Shown here piece after piece: positions 25,243 through 38,069 of a stretch of DNA of 64,000 nucleotides. The stretch covers positions 100,475 through 164,474 of the forward strand of contig NIVC01001474.1 of NCBI GenBank assembly GCA_002269645.1, written 5' to 3'. The DNA is from Macrostomum lignano. Lineage: Eukaryota. The notes beneath the pieces were generated by a model. The model did not search any database and had not been told where the DNA came from. It saw nothing but the letters and a program-made list of their open reading frames with translations. The first letter of the stretch is position 1. Every line of letters starts with the position of its first letter. The translations under genes and the position numbers were made by a program.

Positions 25243-26240
25243 AACAACAACAACAACAGAATACGCATTTAGCGTCACAGGGCGCGCTTCAAGGCCAGGT
25301 CGCGAATAAACGCCACGCCGCCGGCCAAATCCAGAGCGCCGGCGTCAGCCAGCAGGCAGTCGACGAAACGCTGAGTGCGCGCCTGCCCCCGCCAGTAGGG
25401 TGACTGCGCGTTGGCCGCAGCACAGCTCCTGCACCGGCTCAGTAAGACTCGGCGCGGATGATGTGGCCTTCCAGCTGTAGCCGCCGACGGTGCAACAGCT
25501 CGCTGTGGACGGACCCGGCCGGCGTGGCGATACAAAGCCGCGTTGGCCACTCACTCGTAGCCAATCTTGAAGGCAGCGCGCAGCAGGCCAGCGTGCGCTG
25601 CGTCAACTTGTTGCTCGAGCGACTTCATCAGCGTCCAGGTCTCGGCGTTGTACAGCAGGACGGTCTCGATTACCGCCTGGAACAACGCCGCCCTCAGGCG
25701 GTCAGGTAAGACCTCGGACTGCACGACTGCCCTAACAGAACAAAAGGCAGCCCAGGCAAGCCCGCGGCGACGCCGCAAATCCTCGCAGACGCCGGGAACC
25801 AGACCGCCGAGGTAGACGAACTGCTGACACGCGGAAGTTTGTCGCCTATCCATCAGCGCCTCGGCACAAAATCGCAGTCTCGATGTCGTCCATCAGGCCG
25901 ATGACCACCAGGCCGACACTCGCCGCAACAGCAACTAGCTTGTCCACTTGTCGCTGGGCACCCTCGACAGTTGAGGACAGCAGGGCGATGTCGTCAGCGT
26001 AGCCAAGCACGCTGAGCCGCCTCTCCGGTTGACATCGACCCACGCGTCGCCGCAACAGAACGCCGTCGTCGTTAGTAGGAAGATCGCGGTCCGCAGCACC
26101 CAGTCAAGCACCAGAACGAACAGGAACGGCGCGAGCGTATCTCCCTGAAGCACCCCGGTAGGATGTCTCAAATAAGTCCGATGCCGTCCGGTGTTGAAAC
26201 AGCAGCTTTCGTATCACGGTACATCGCCGTGATTGCGGAA
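25243..26240 (-). mobile_element. RTE-like LINE, 3' part (RT C-half with a (TTG)n tail)
   Basis: GVLQGDTLAPFLF, GYADD and ETVLLYNAETWTL motifs; the TTG tail is at 25243-25257. Confidence 0.85.
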
Positions 26241-28028
26241 CTGTCGCACGCTCAAGGCCGTCTGGCAGAGAGGGGCTCTGGCAAAGCTAGCGCTCGACCA
26301 AAGCTGTGACGTCATCGCACTGCAGGAGGTGTCTATTAAGGCTGATCCGGGGCTACACTGTGAGGATCTGGGCGCCGGATGGACCCTCTACATGTACTAC
26401 ACATCGGCGGACGACGAGGCCGTGAAGGAGTTGGAGCGCTGGTCGGACCGAGGCTGCAGCTGAGATGTCGCTGCGTCTCTCTGTCCCCTCGGCTGCTCCG
26501 GGTCGACGTTCGGCTTCGCAGCCAAAACGCTCGCCTGTTCTGCGCACGCGCCTCCTGCCACCCGACATGACGAGGCTCTAGAAATCTTTGAGCAGCTCTC
26601 GTTACAGGTGGAGGCAAAGGCGCAGCGTGACACAGTGATAATCCTCGGAGACCTGAATGCGGTTTTGCGTAGGTCCGAACGGTCACTGTTCGTCACACCG
26701 CGTGAGAACGGCAACACCGGAGCGCTGGAGGACTTCCTAGAGCGGCAGGACATGGTGTCGGCCAATACCCGCTTCCGCAAGCCGCTGGGCAGGCTCGCAA
26801 CTTTTGTGGGCTACAGGCGCAGGCGTTGGATCGCGCGTGGCGGGAACGCAACACGGAGGCAGGCACAGCTCGATCATGTGCTGGTGCGCTTCGTCAAATG
26901 CCGCGCCATCACGCCGCTGGCTCTGTGGTCTGATCATCGACTCCTCGTCTGCGACCTTCGTCTTCGAGATCCGCTCTACCGTCCGCCGAAGCGGCCACCG
27001 CGGCGCTACTACCGCGCGCTCAGGGACGCCAACACGCACAGCCGCTTTGCTAGCGCTTTCATCACTGCGCTCGGCGGCAAGCGTGGAGGTGCCGAGCGCT
27101 GCAGTTCCAGCCGCCGCGGAACAAGCAGTCCCGCTGATGCGAACGGCCCGGAGGGAGCAGTCGGTATGGCAAGACGACCCCGCGATTCGGCTAGCGAGGG
27201 AAGAGCTGGAGAGACTCCGTTTGAGCAGGCGACCAACACGAAGGCCTAAACGGCTGTCTATCTGCAGTGCCAGCAGGCTGCTGTTGATGACGCCATTCGG
27301 GCCCGATTCCATAGGTCGCGTGGCCTGTTCGGCTATCAATGCTCTGATGGGGCGAAAGCGGCGCATATCGCTAAACCTGGCGGGCGACTCTGCAGGCGAG
27401 CGCAGGAACGAGCTGCGCGACTTCCTCGCAGCCATTGTCAACGCGCCGCCACCCCCGCTGCCAGACAGTCTGACGCTGCTGCCGGAGATGCCGTTGCCGG
27501 CAGAGGAGAGCTTCAGCTAGGTCTAGCACAAGTCGGCACAGCCGACGTTGTGAGGCTCGCCCAACAGGCAACAGTCGGGATGATGTGCCCATCGAGGCGC
27601 TGCGCCAGTGGCCAGTGAGGTTGCCAGAGTGATGCATCGCGTGCTATTCGGTGAGGAGGCAACCAACGAATGGACCACGGCGCACATCTTTGAAGTCCTA
27701 AGAAGCCGGGCACCACGAGGCTTGAGGAGCATCGAGGTATCTGCATTCAGTCCTGCGCTGCGAAGTTGTTCAACCGGATGCTGCTATCGCGGTTGCAGCA
27801 CGTGCTGGATCCGTACCTGCGCCATGAACAGAACGGCTTCGGCCCCATCGCGGCACAGTGACGCAGATCCTAGCTAGCTGGCTCTTCGGCGAGTCATCGA
27901 GGAAGCATGGATACGCCAGTCGATCCTTATTGTTATCTTCATAGATTTCAAGAAGGCATTCGACTCGGTCGGTCGTCAGGTCTGTGCTCCCAAAGGTGAT
28001 CCGCGCGTACAACGTGCCCGAGCAGCTG
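26241..28028 (+). mobile_element. Inverted 5' part of the same LINE (APE endonuclease and RT N-half)
   Basis: NCRTL...DVIALQEV, ILGDLNA, LDHVLV and SDHRLL (APE); EQNGFRP and FIDFKKAFDSV (RT). Confidence 0.85.
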
Positions 28029-28054
28029 CTGAAGAAACTATATTCCATGTAATT

Positions 28055-28865
28055 CAGGGGCGTCGCCAATGGGGGACAGAGGGACATATGTGTCCCCCCA
28101 GTAAAAGTTATGGAGGACATGCCAATGCTTTGTCCCCCCACCCCACCTTGATCTGTTATGGAAATAAAAATTTGCTTCAGAGCGACAAAAGATAGCGCGT
28201 GTGGACCAAAATGGTGCCTGCGGCGCTAAAATGATGCTTGTGTGCTTAAAATGGTGCTTGTGGCGCTAAAATAAGTGACTGCGGCGCCAAAATGAGTGCC
28301 TGCGGTGCTAAAATGGTGCTTGTGGCGATAAAATGAGTGCATGTGGTGCTAAAATGAGTGCCTGTGGCGCTAAAATGAGTGCCTGCGGCGCCAAAATGAG
28401 TGCTTGTGGCGCTAAAATGAGTGACTGCGGCGCCAAAATGAGTACCTGCTGCGCTAAAATGGTGCCTGCGGCGCTAAAATGATGCTTGTGTGCTTAAAAT
28501 GGTGCTTGTGGCGCTAAAATAAGTGACTGCGGCGCCAAAATGAGTGCCTGCGGTGCTAAAATGGTGCTTGTGGCGATAAAATGAGTGCATGTGGCGCTAA
28601 AATGAGTGCCTGCGGCGCCAAAATGAGTGCCTGTGGCGCTAAAATGAGTGACTGCGGCGCCAAAATGAGTGCCTGCTGCGCTAAAATGGTGCCTGCGGCG
28701 CTTAAATGATGTCTGTGGCGCTAAAATGATGTCTGCTGCGCCAAAATGATCGCTGACAACACCGATTTTGAAAAATATTGTACATTTAGGAATTAAGTCA
28801 TGTTACATGTACATGTACAATTCTTGGCTTTGTCCCCCACCATAAAATCCATTGCGACGCCCCTG
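28055..28865. mobile_element. hAT-like MITE with an internal ~21-bp tandem array
   Basis: TIRs CAGGGGCGTCGC(C)AATGG at both ends. Flanking duplication TGTAATT at 28048-28054 and 28866-28872. Internal AAAATGAGTGCCTGCGGCGCT repeats at ~28210-28750. Confidence 0.8.
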
Positions 28866-30537
28866 TGTAATTATGAGCGTATTGCTTATGGGCAACTTAA
28901 AGGCTGTTTTGATTGTGTCTGATACAATCGCAGCTTTAGAAAAAAGCACACTTTTTATCGCTTTTAGTACATGTACAATCGACCGTCAAATTGTCTTAAT
29001 TAATACTTTATAATTGCAGCTTTGTTATGTAGTATAGTTACAAATGTAATCTACATGTAGCAATTTATATAGTAGCTGCGTCTTTTCTAGCCTCAGTATA
29101 GTATAGTGTAGGCTGCAGGAAACGTATGGTGTTAGCAGCAGGAATTATAATTACATGGGAATTATATGGAAATATTCCATGTGTAGAGCCATCGCCGTCA
29201 CACCAAAGGTGAATAACAGGAGGTAAACAAGACTGAGAAATGGTTCACATTTGGGACGTCGAGATGCTAACGGACTTCACAAGCTGCTGTTCTGATCGAA
29301 TAACAAACAATTTGATTGGGTTGAACGCAGAGAAATTGTCTCAATTCTCGGAGGACTTATGCACATCGAGATCTCGACGTGGGAGTTTGTGCGCGTTACA
29401 ACTCTTTTGGTATTGGCTGAAGAAGCATTTGTTTAGAAATTGGGGTTAGTAAACGGTCGCTTAATTATAGCACCAAAGTTGCTATGCTTCGTTACGCCGA
29501 AGCATATATTTTATGATCGGTCCTTTGGGGTTGAAAATTAATTATTATAGCTACATGTAGATCTTCCACTTGGAAACAATCATCCACGAATGCTATGTAA
29601 TTGTGCACCCCAAATTAAAAAATTCCCTAGGCGAAAACCCCCGTTCTAGCATTTGTCTGAACTGTTCAAGAAGTACAGCTGTACATGTATGCTAGAGTCC
29701 CCAGATCGGCCCTTAAAACTTTGCCCGTTCATGTATAGCAGGTTGGGAGTCCCGTCTCATTAGCAGGAGTTCCCCGGGTGTACTTTTGCGCGGGTAACTG
29801 AGTGTGGCCGCCGCGCTTTTTCATGGTATGCACCTTCAAACACATATGGGACCTGTTGGTCCTTTCGTCACACTAAGACTGCATGCTACCCAGCCTGGCG
29901 GAATTGTACCGGCGGAACGCGGATCCCGAAGTCATGGCCCCAGCTGAGAAAGAGCAAATGTGTACAAAGAGCATTTATAACACTTGATGCCAAGAACTCC
30001 AGGCTGCATGTGGTGAAGAGTCGCTGTGAATAAATGTTTACAGTTGCTTCAATTCGTCTTCGATCATTTCACAAGACCCAACTTGCACAAGCTTTTAGGA
30101 CGAACTTGATGTTTCTTTTTCTTACGCCTAAGGTAGCGACTATTTCAAATATTTTGGCTTTTATCAGTAACCATGCTGTACAATAAGTTTTTATCTAATT
30201 AGCGTATCAATAAAAGTTTGACAGGTCGTCATCAGCTAAAAATTGTCAGCGATACTTTTGAGATTGATAATTGCGCAACTAGCTCGTAATACTCAAATAA
30301 GTGTACGCTTGATTGGGTTCTTGCTATTTGAAATCCACGATGGAAACCAGCATAGTTAACCATGCAGCGGATGGTTTGCGAACGACAGTACAATCTATAG
30401 ACTTAGCCAGTCCTTTCAAAAAGATGTGAATACACATAGAAAGAGTAGCTTTATATAATTTTTGAGAAAAAATGAAAGAGAGTATAACAAGTGGACGGGG
30501 CCGAGACGCTGATCAAAGGACGTTAAAGCCATGGACG

Positions 30538-31599
30538 TTAAATGTCTCTGAGCTCAGTCCAGAACAGGTTGTTAATTGCGGCTGCGTCCCTGTGCGTCGG
30601 TCTGATAATAAAAAAGCTGCCTGGATGTCGATTGTTGTCTACCATGCGGTCCACCTGCAGGATGCTGCACGCGTTGTTGTAGACACCGCAGTAGCCTGGC
30701 GCGCTAAATACGGTGACGCAGCGTCGATTGTGGTGCGTCAGAAAACCATTTTGTGCGACCTGGTGACCCCGAATCAGCATTTGGGTCTGGAACATCCGCA
30801 TCACCTCCTCCAATGCTACGCCCGAAAACATGAAGGAGCAGCCGCGTTTATTTGGCAGCCACTTGGCCTCAGTGAGACTCTCCGACGTCGGGCTGAACTG
30901 CACATTCATTACGCCGCTCATGGGATCCGCCCAGATGATGTCGCACAAAACACTGGGTCTAGACGGTTCCACTGGCTTCTTGGACTCGTTCAACGCCTGG
31001 ACATTGGCCTGCTGTCCGCCTCGTAGGTTAAAGGGTTGCAGCATGTAGCTCGGCGAGATGCCGCCGTGACAGCAGAAGATCTGGCCATCTATAATTGCGC
31101 ACATCGACATCCATTGGAAGGTCCTGACGAATCCACCAAGCACTTTGTGCGCCTGTGCTTTGATAAACCGCATCCCGATTTCGTCTTTGAATCCGTACCT
31201 GCAGCAGATGTTGGCCGTCTCGTGGTTGCCTCGGAGCAGGTACACCGAGTTCGGGTACAGCAGCATCAGCACAAACAGCAGCGTCATCACCTCGAGCGAG
31301 TACTTGCCTCGGTCGATGTAGTCGCCGAGGAACAGAAAGCGCGACTCGGGCGGCTGGCCGAGCGCGTCGAATATTCGAAGCAGATCGTGGAACTGGCCGT
31401 GCAAGTCGCCCACAATGTTGATTGGCGTCTTGATGTGGATGCAGATGTCTGTGGATCTCATTGCCTCGACGGCCATGTGACAGACGGACAGGCACTCAGC
31501 CGCAGTGAGCGGCACGTGATTCTCAACATCGTCAACATCAAAGGTAAGAAGCCGGTTGGCCAGGTTTTTCAAGTCAATGTCCTGCAGAATTCGGCCCAT
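30538..31599 (-). CDS. Divergent PP1-like phosphatase, paralogue of 16136-17197, intronless, 353 aa
   Basis: Same PPP motifs and same length as the first copy. Confidence 0.93.
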   Translation of the reverse strand: MGRILQDIDLKNLANRLLTFDVDDVENHVPLTAAECLSVCHMAVEAMRSTDICIHIKTPINIVGDLHGQFHDLLRIFDALGQPPESRFLFLGDYIDRGKYSLEVMTLLFVLMLLYPNSVYLLRGNHETANICCRYGFKDEIGMRFIKAQAHKVLGGFVRTFQWMSMCAIIDGQIFCCHGGISPSYMLQPFNLRGGQQANVQALNESKKPVEPSRPSVLCDIIWADPMSGVMNVQFSPTSESLTEAKWLPNKRGCSFMFSGVALEEVMRMFQTQMLIRGHQVAQNGFLTHHNRRCVTVFSAPGYCGVYNNACSILQVDRMVDNNRHPGSFFIIRPTHRDAAAINNLFWTELRDI

Positions 31600-33020
31600 T
31601 CAAGTCGCTGGATTGACGGTCAATGCTATTCACCTCGAGTTTGGTTATTGATTACCAGTTAGGTGATGCATTTGTGAAGTTGACTTCGGCGTCACAGGAT
31701 GCATTGCTACTTACATCGACACGATTGACCAATGGACAGCATTGGTCATGATTAAACATTCAATACTATTGTCCAAGCTTATGTTTTAATAATTAAAATG
31801 TCTCTGAGCTTTTTACTTTGCGAGACAGCATAATAGACTTGATTGAGCTCAAACTTTTAGGGTACATTTTTAATCCGGAAACGACCATAGACAGGCACTT
31901 ATCAGACAATAAAATATGGGCTACAATAAATTATGATTTAATATTACTTGAGCTTGAGACTTTACTCGTGTTTTCTGCTAGAGACGAGCAGACGAAGAAT
32001 TTGAAAGGTGTGAAAGGTAGAGATAATCCTAGGCCCCCACCAACCCGTGCGAACTGATGGCTCATTAACCCAGCTCTCTCTAAATTGGGTTTCCGACTAG
32101 AAGATGCTCTGGAGTCCTGGACCAACCAGCGTCTTTTAGCTATCAGTGAAACGCTGCTTGGAATTGCATTGACCATGCAGGGACAAAAAGGACTTTTTGC
32201 AGGGGGTTCTTGCCTGCGAACTCTCCAATAGCATTGGTGCAGAGCAGTCATGGCCCTCTGAAATCCTTGCTGGTGAATTCTTTTATTGTTGAAATCTTAC
32301 ATTCCAATAGGACCAGATGTGCAACCGACAGCTCAGCCGCAGCTATTGCGCGACACATCTGAAGGCTGCCTACGGCTGTTCAGTACAAGAACTGGGGGTT
32401 GCCACACACACCCTCAATTACCCCAGCTAATGCTGGCACCCATTTTACAGATGGCTGAATTGAAGCACTGCAGAGTTGAGTGTCTTTCTCAAAAGTACTT
32501 GCTCAACTTAAGTTGGTTCGATAATCGGATCACCGACCTTTCAGATATGAGTCCGACGCTTTAGGCTACAAGTACAACCCTAGGGAGTTTAGAAATCAAA
32601 ACAAAGCAAATAAAATAAATTACGAGCTATGTATCAAATTTGCCTTTTCACTCTGCTCACAATTGCTTTAACTGATTCAGAGCAAACAAGCTACTCTTAG
32701 TATTAAACAATAGATTTCTTCGTTGAAAAGTTAAGCACAAGAAAAATTCAAGCAAGTAAATTGCAATACTACTCAATCAAACTACTGAGAACAGAGACAG
32801 ATGAAGAGTGCTCCCAGCTAAGCAAGATCAAGTAGCCTCTCATCCAACCAGTCAGGTACTCGGACTGCAAATAGGCAAAGAGTTCCGAGACTCAGGTAAG
32901 CTCAGGTGACAGCCGACTCTCGATGAAGTTCTAGCAGTTGACGGCGCAGATGCTGCCTTCCAACTTGATGTCGCGATCCGAAGGTGGGGAAAATCAGCAA
33001 TCTGGGAGGGGAACCGTGGT

Positions 33021-33990
33021 CACAGGGTGTATAGCGGTCCTTTGACTCATAGACACGCTCACACAGGGTGTATAGCGGTCCTTTGACTCATAGACACGCT
33101 CACACAGGGTGTACAGCGGTCCTTTGACTCATAGACACGCTCACACAGGGTGTACAGCGGTCCTTTGACTCATAGACACGCTCACACAGGGTGTACAGCG
33201 GTCCTTTGACTCATAGACACGCTCACACAGGGTGTACAGCGGTCCTTTGACTCATAGACACGCTCACACAGGGTGTACAGCGGTCCTTTGACTCATAGAC
33301 ACGCTCACACAGGGTGTACAGCGGTCCTTTGACTCATAGACACGCTCACACAGGGTGTATAGCGGTCCTTTGACTCATAGACACGCTCACACAGGGTGTA
33401 CAGCGGTCCTTTGACTCATAGACACGCTCACACAGGGTGTATAGCGGTCCTTTGACTCATAGACACGCTCACACAGGGTGTACAGCGGTCCTTTGACTCA
33501 TAGACACGCTCACACAGGGTGTACAGCGGTCCTTTGACTCATAGACACGCTCACACAGGGTGTACAGCGGTCCTTTGACTCATAGACACGCTCACACAGG
33601 GTGTACAGCGGTCCTTTGACTCATAGACACGCTCACACAGGGTGTACAGCGGTCCTTTGACTCATAGACATGCTCACACAGGGTGTACAGCGGTCCTTTG
33701 ACTCATAGACACGCTCACACAGGGTGTACAGCGGTCCTTTGACTCATAGACACGCTCACACAGGGTGTACAGCGGTCCTTTGACTCATAGACACGCTCAC
33801 ACAGGGTGTACAGCGGTCCTTTGACTCATAGACACGCTCTCACAGGGTGTACAGCGGTCCTTTGACTCATAGACACGCTCTCACAGGGTGTACAGCGGTC
33901 CTTTGACTCATAGACACGCTCACACAGGGTGTATAGCGGTCCTTTGACTCATAGACACGCTCACACAGGGTGTATAGCGGTCCTTTGACT
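33021..33990. repeat. Homogeneous 41-bp minisatellite (GGGTGTACAGCGGTCCTTTGACTCATAGACACGCTCACACA)n, ~23 copies
   Basis: Head-to-tail units with no spacers. Confidence 0.95.
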
Positions 33991-34679
33991 TTCTACTCGT
34001 CGGGAATGCACACTCCCTGTCCCTGTGCCTTGGAGGCTGGCCCTCATATAGCTGTGAGTCGCTCGAATATCCTCTCTCTGGTCAAGTTTTTTCGCGCGCA
34101 CAAACCCCAAATGAGTATCATGGCCGCTCACGTAAGCGAAACAGAGGGTTGCCGAGCTGCTCGGCCACACAAAAGTATGAGCGGTATTGGTTTGATTGTC
34201 GTATGATTGTCTCTGTACTTTTCTTTCTATGCAATTTCCTCGATTGAACAGACAGTCATCTACATGTATGTAGTATTTGCTTTCACGAGCGTGCATGCCC
34301 ATTAAACTAAAGGAAACCGATGCCTTGCTTGCACCCTGCTAGGCAGATCCAGTGCAAGTAGCATTGTAAATATAGCATGCATTTTGAGAATCTAAAAGAC
34401 AGTAAAACAACTTTACCAAAAAGCCAATACGCGAATTTTAATAATATATTCTCCGATAAACCATAGAAAACATGAACAATGTAGAACTTTCAGCTCAATA
34501 GCGGCACCAAACTTCCGGGATCTAGTTGTCGGCGATCGGTCTTACACCTCGTATTTCAAATGGCGCCACCAGGGTCTTGGTTACGTCACAACACCAGTTC
34601 AATATGGTACGTAGGGTCGATAAAACACTTAAGCTTCAATCGATCAGAGTCCGAAGTACATCGAGTCGCAGTTTAGCCG

Positions 34680-35446
34680 TCACAGCACACAGAGTGCGGT
34701 GGACGGCCCAACCAGCTGCACCTCCGCTCGACCGTTCGGCTCCGAGTTTGCTCCGCTCGTTCTCACGACGCTCGTCGCCTCAACCGCTACGAAGCTGCCG
34801 CCGCCGCCGCCACCCCCGCAATTGCCCGAGCCGCCGCCTCCGCCCCCGCCGGAGCTGCTGCCGCCGCCGCCGCCTCCGCCGCCGCCTCCGTAGCCTCCAA
34901 ACGCGTCGTCGCCGTCGCCGCCGCTCCAGCTGCTGCCGAAGCTCTCACCGCCGCGACCATTCTTTCCACCGAAGCCGTCGTCGCCTGCCGACCACCAACC
35001 GGCGCCAGCTCCGCCGTTTCCACTGCCGGATGTCCTCGCTTGGCCGCCGTTGCCGTCTGTGCCGCCAGCGCCAGCTCCGTCGCCGTCGCCGCTGGTCCCG
35101 GGCTGGTCGCTGCTTCCGTCGATTCCGTTGCAGCCGTCATCGGAGCCAACCAGCGGCAGCGCTGACGACGTGTCGATACCGTCGACATAGACGAAGGTGC
35201 CACCGCCGCCGCCAGCGGCGTCATTTCCACCGCCAAGTTTGTCGCTGCCGACCTTGCCAACGATAATCGCCAACGTGACTCCGGCGTCCAGTCTGAAGTA
35301 GCCAGATGCGAGGACGCCCTTGCCGCCGACCGTGGAGCCGCCGGCGCTGCCGCCTCGAGCGCCCCAAGCGCTGATCTTGTAGCAGCCGGTGGCGTCGATC
35401 GGATGGGTCACGAGGCTGCCCGTCTGGGTGGTCACAGCCGCCGGGG
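34680..35446 (-). CDS. Copy A exon 2: ALK/LTK-type glycine-rich domain
   Basis: YKISAWGARGG..GGKG...GYFRL..G.TL.IIVGK.G, GGGGGTFV, GGGGGGSFV..GAN..PNG. Acceptor AATGCAG ends at 35447 (phase 1). Confidence 0.85.
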
Positions 35447-35597
35447 CTGCATTGGATTCAGCGAGTTGGTTGCTTTTTAAAATGAGATTAAGCGACAATG
35501 AGATTTGAGCTACTTTTTATTAACACGCATGTACGAGCCAGGAAAATGTTTTGGTTATATCTAAAAGCAATTGAGTCTTAAGCTAACAATAACTCAC

Positions 35598-36153
35598 CGG
35601 TCAACACTTGTGGGACAGCAGTCGTTGTTTTTGTCGGAGTTGTGGTCGTTGTTGTCGGAGTTGCGGTCGTCGTCGGAGTTGTGGTCGCTGTTGTCGGAGT
35701 TGTGGTCGCTGTTGTCGGAGTTGTGGTCGCTGTTGTCGAAGTTGTGGTTGTTGTTGTCGCAGTTGTTGCAGCTGTTGTCGCACTGCATTCAGGCCGGTTA
35801 TCCAGCAGCTGTGTCAGACAGCCCGAGCCCGACTTCCACTTGTCGGCGAGGTCGCACGAGGAGCCGAGCACGCACTTTCCGCTGCTCAGCGTCACCGAGC
35901 CGACCGTGTCTCCCGGATGCAGCATCTGGAACACGGAGCAACTCAGCCGCCCTCTGGCAGCACATTCCACGGCGCAGATCCGATAATCCGTGACCCCGGA
36001 GACCTCCTTGAACGTGGCATTGGTTGCACCTGGAAGGGGCAGTTCGACAACGCAGAGGTTGACAGTCGGCACCGTGAAGGTGGCGCAGCGGACAGACTGG
36101 CAGCAGACGGCGGACAGCAGAGCCAGCAGAACTGCACTGCTAGCTGCAGTCAT
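35598..36153 (-). CDS. Copy A exon 1: signal peptide, PAN/apple-like domain, ~60-aa Thr-rich stalk
   Basis: Hydrophobic N-terminus; C..EC.....C.VF...C.L spacing; donor G|GTGAGT at 35597; TATAAA at 36242-36237. Confidence 0.8.
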
Positions 36154-37364
36154 GGTGCAACTTGGATTTTGGCTTCAGGAATTGGGCTTGTGTGAGCAGT
36201 CAAGAGCTGTGATAAGTTGCCTGTCTTTGCTGCAGGTTTATAGCGGTGGCTCTGCTTCTGTGCATGGGTTGGCGGCACGGGGTGAGGCAAATCACTGGGC
36301 CACCAGTTGCCAATGGAAACGGCCACTAACAACTATTGCGGCTGGGTGGGGCGCGCCTTTCTGCTCCATCACAGAAGAGAGATAACAGCACCGGAGCCAT
36401 ATGAATGCTTTGCCTGTATTAATCAACGGGGGGTGGGGGTGGGACAGCCCCCCTACTAATTGGATGGTTAGGATCATTTGGCAGCAGTGGTGCAGTCATA
36501 TACTCGCAGCTGCTACAAATGCCCTTGCTGAGATCCTGATGAAGCATGGCACTAGACCTGCCCTACCCCCTCACTTAACCATGGCTTAGGAGATAATTCT
36601 ATGTATCTAAGTTCTATTCAAGTTTTATGAACCCCTGCAGCGTCTCGGTGATTCAAGTTAGGTGCGTAGTTTTTTCTCATTAATAATTTGGCATTATTAT
36701 GATCATGTATAAGTTAAATGAAGACATGAATTTAAACTTTCCCAGTTAAATGAAACTATAAACCATAATTTGACACGTTCAAAACAGTGTCCGCCGCATG
36801 CTTATGCACTAAAGGCATTTACTACAATTAGTCAATCTGTCAATTTATTACGAAAACCACTAGAAAACTTGCGTGTGATTCTTCTTAAAAAGTTGTTGTT
36901 CTTGGTCTATTTTCTACTGCTCTCCCTACAAAAGGCCATCGCGGTGTAAAGTGTGAGTTTTACAACTTGCATGGGAGATCCAAGGGAATTTGATTACTGA
37001 GGCCACAGACAAATAAGTAATAACCAGACCAAGTACCCCAGCTCCCACCTCCTGACGATCGATAACAAGGGCTTCGCTTCCTACCCCTCAAACATGGGGC
37101 CTGTTGTATTATTGTTGCCTTTTGCCGTGGGATATGGATTTCTAACCATTTATCCCAAACTTTATGTGCAATTAAACAGTTTAAATGGGCAGCATTATTT
37201 TAATGGTTTACCCATATTGATCAAAAACAAAAATAAACACTTGTAAGACAAAATGAGGCCTTTCTTGTTGTTGCAGATAGAATACAAACACCAATAAGAG
37301 TACATGAATAGCTACGCTCACCTTCACCTGGTTCTAAGACTACGAGCGTATAAATTATATTAAT

Positions 37365-37664
37365 TTATTTATATAAATTTATCCCATCTCCGGCATGCAC
37401 CAGCCGCTCCCTAAATGTTGAGAAAAACTTATTGCCCAGTCTGAGTCCGTGGCTTTCCTGTACTTGCTGCAGCATCCACACAAATTTCCATTCAATATTT
37501 CCTCTGTTCGGCGAAAAAAATATTGCCAGGGACTGCCAATGGTTTCGAATCAGCTTCAACGTGTGCGGTACATCCAAGAAGGCTGAAACCTGAATGCCTG
37601 AATACTTATTGGTCTGTGACTGAGGCAAAATGTGGCAACTTTTTAATGCTGCTGAGCATTTCAT
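37365..37664 (-). mobile_element. P-element/THAP9-type transposase remnant
   Basis: DVPHTLKLIRNH and IEWKFV..LQQVQE..GLRLGNK match the P-element GTP-binding region. Confidence 0.7.
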
Positions 37665-38069
37665 TTGCTCGCACTCGATCCCTGATAATCCTTGAGAACT
37701 TAATCAAACAACTTCAGAGAACAGGAACAAAAATTGATGAAGCATAATACGCAAAATCCCTGCTACTTGTGCAGTGTTTCTGATGAAGGTAAATACCCCC
37801 CCCCCACTTTCTCAGCCATGAACTAAATTCTTTATCTGACCCTCCAGGTAAAAGAATCGCCGACATCTGTCTTAATTTAACATGCAAAGCATGCCAATCT
37901 GTTGTATTTACGAGTATTTCATCACCCCAAGCCAAAAGTTGCAAACTTCTTCTGTCTTGAATCAAGAATATTTGTAAAAAAATGTTGACTGCAAGTACTC
38001 TTAGCGTTAAGCTAGGCCTTAGCTTAAAAAATTGATAGCTTTCTAAAGACTAGGCTATCACTAGTCTTG

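Noticed and set aside
33021-33990. 41-bp repeat array as a CRISPR array
   Set aside because: Units are head-to-tail with no unique spacers, there are no cas genes, and the context is eukaryotic.
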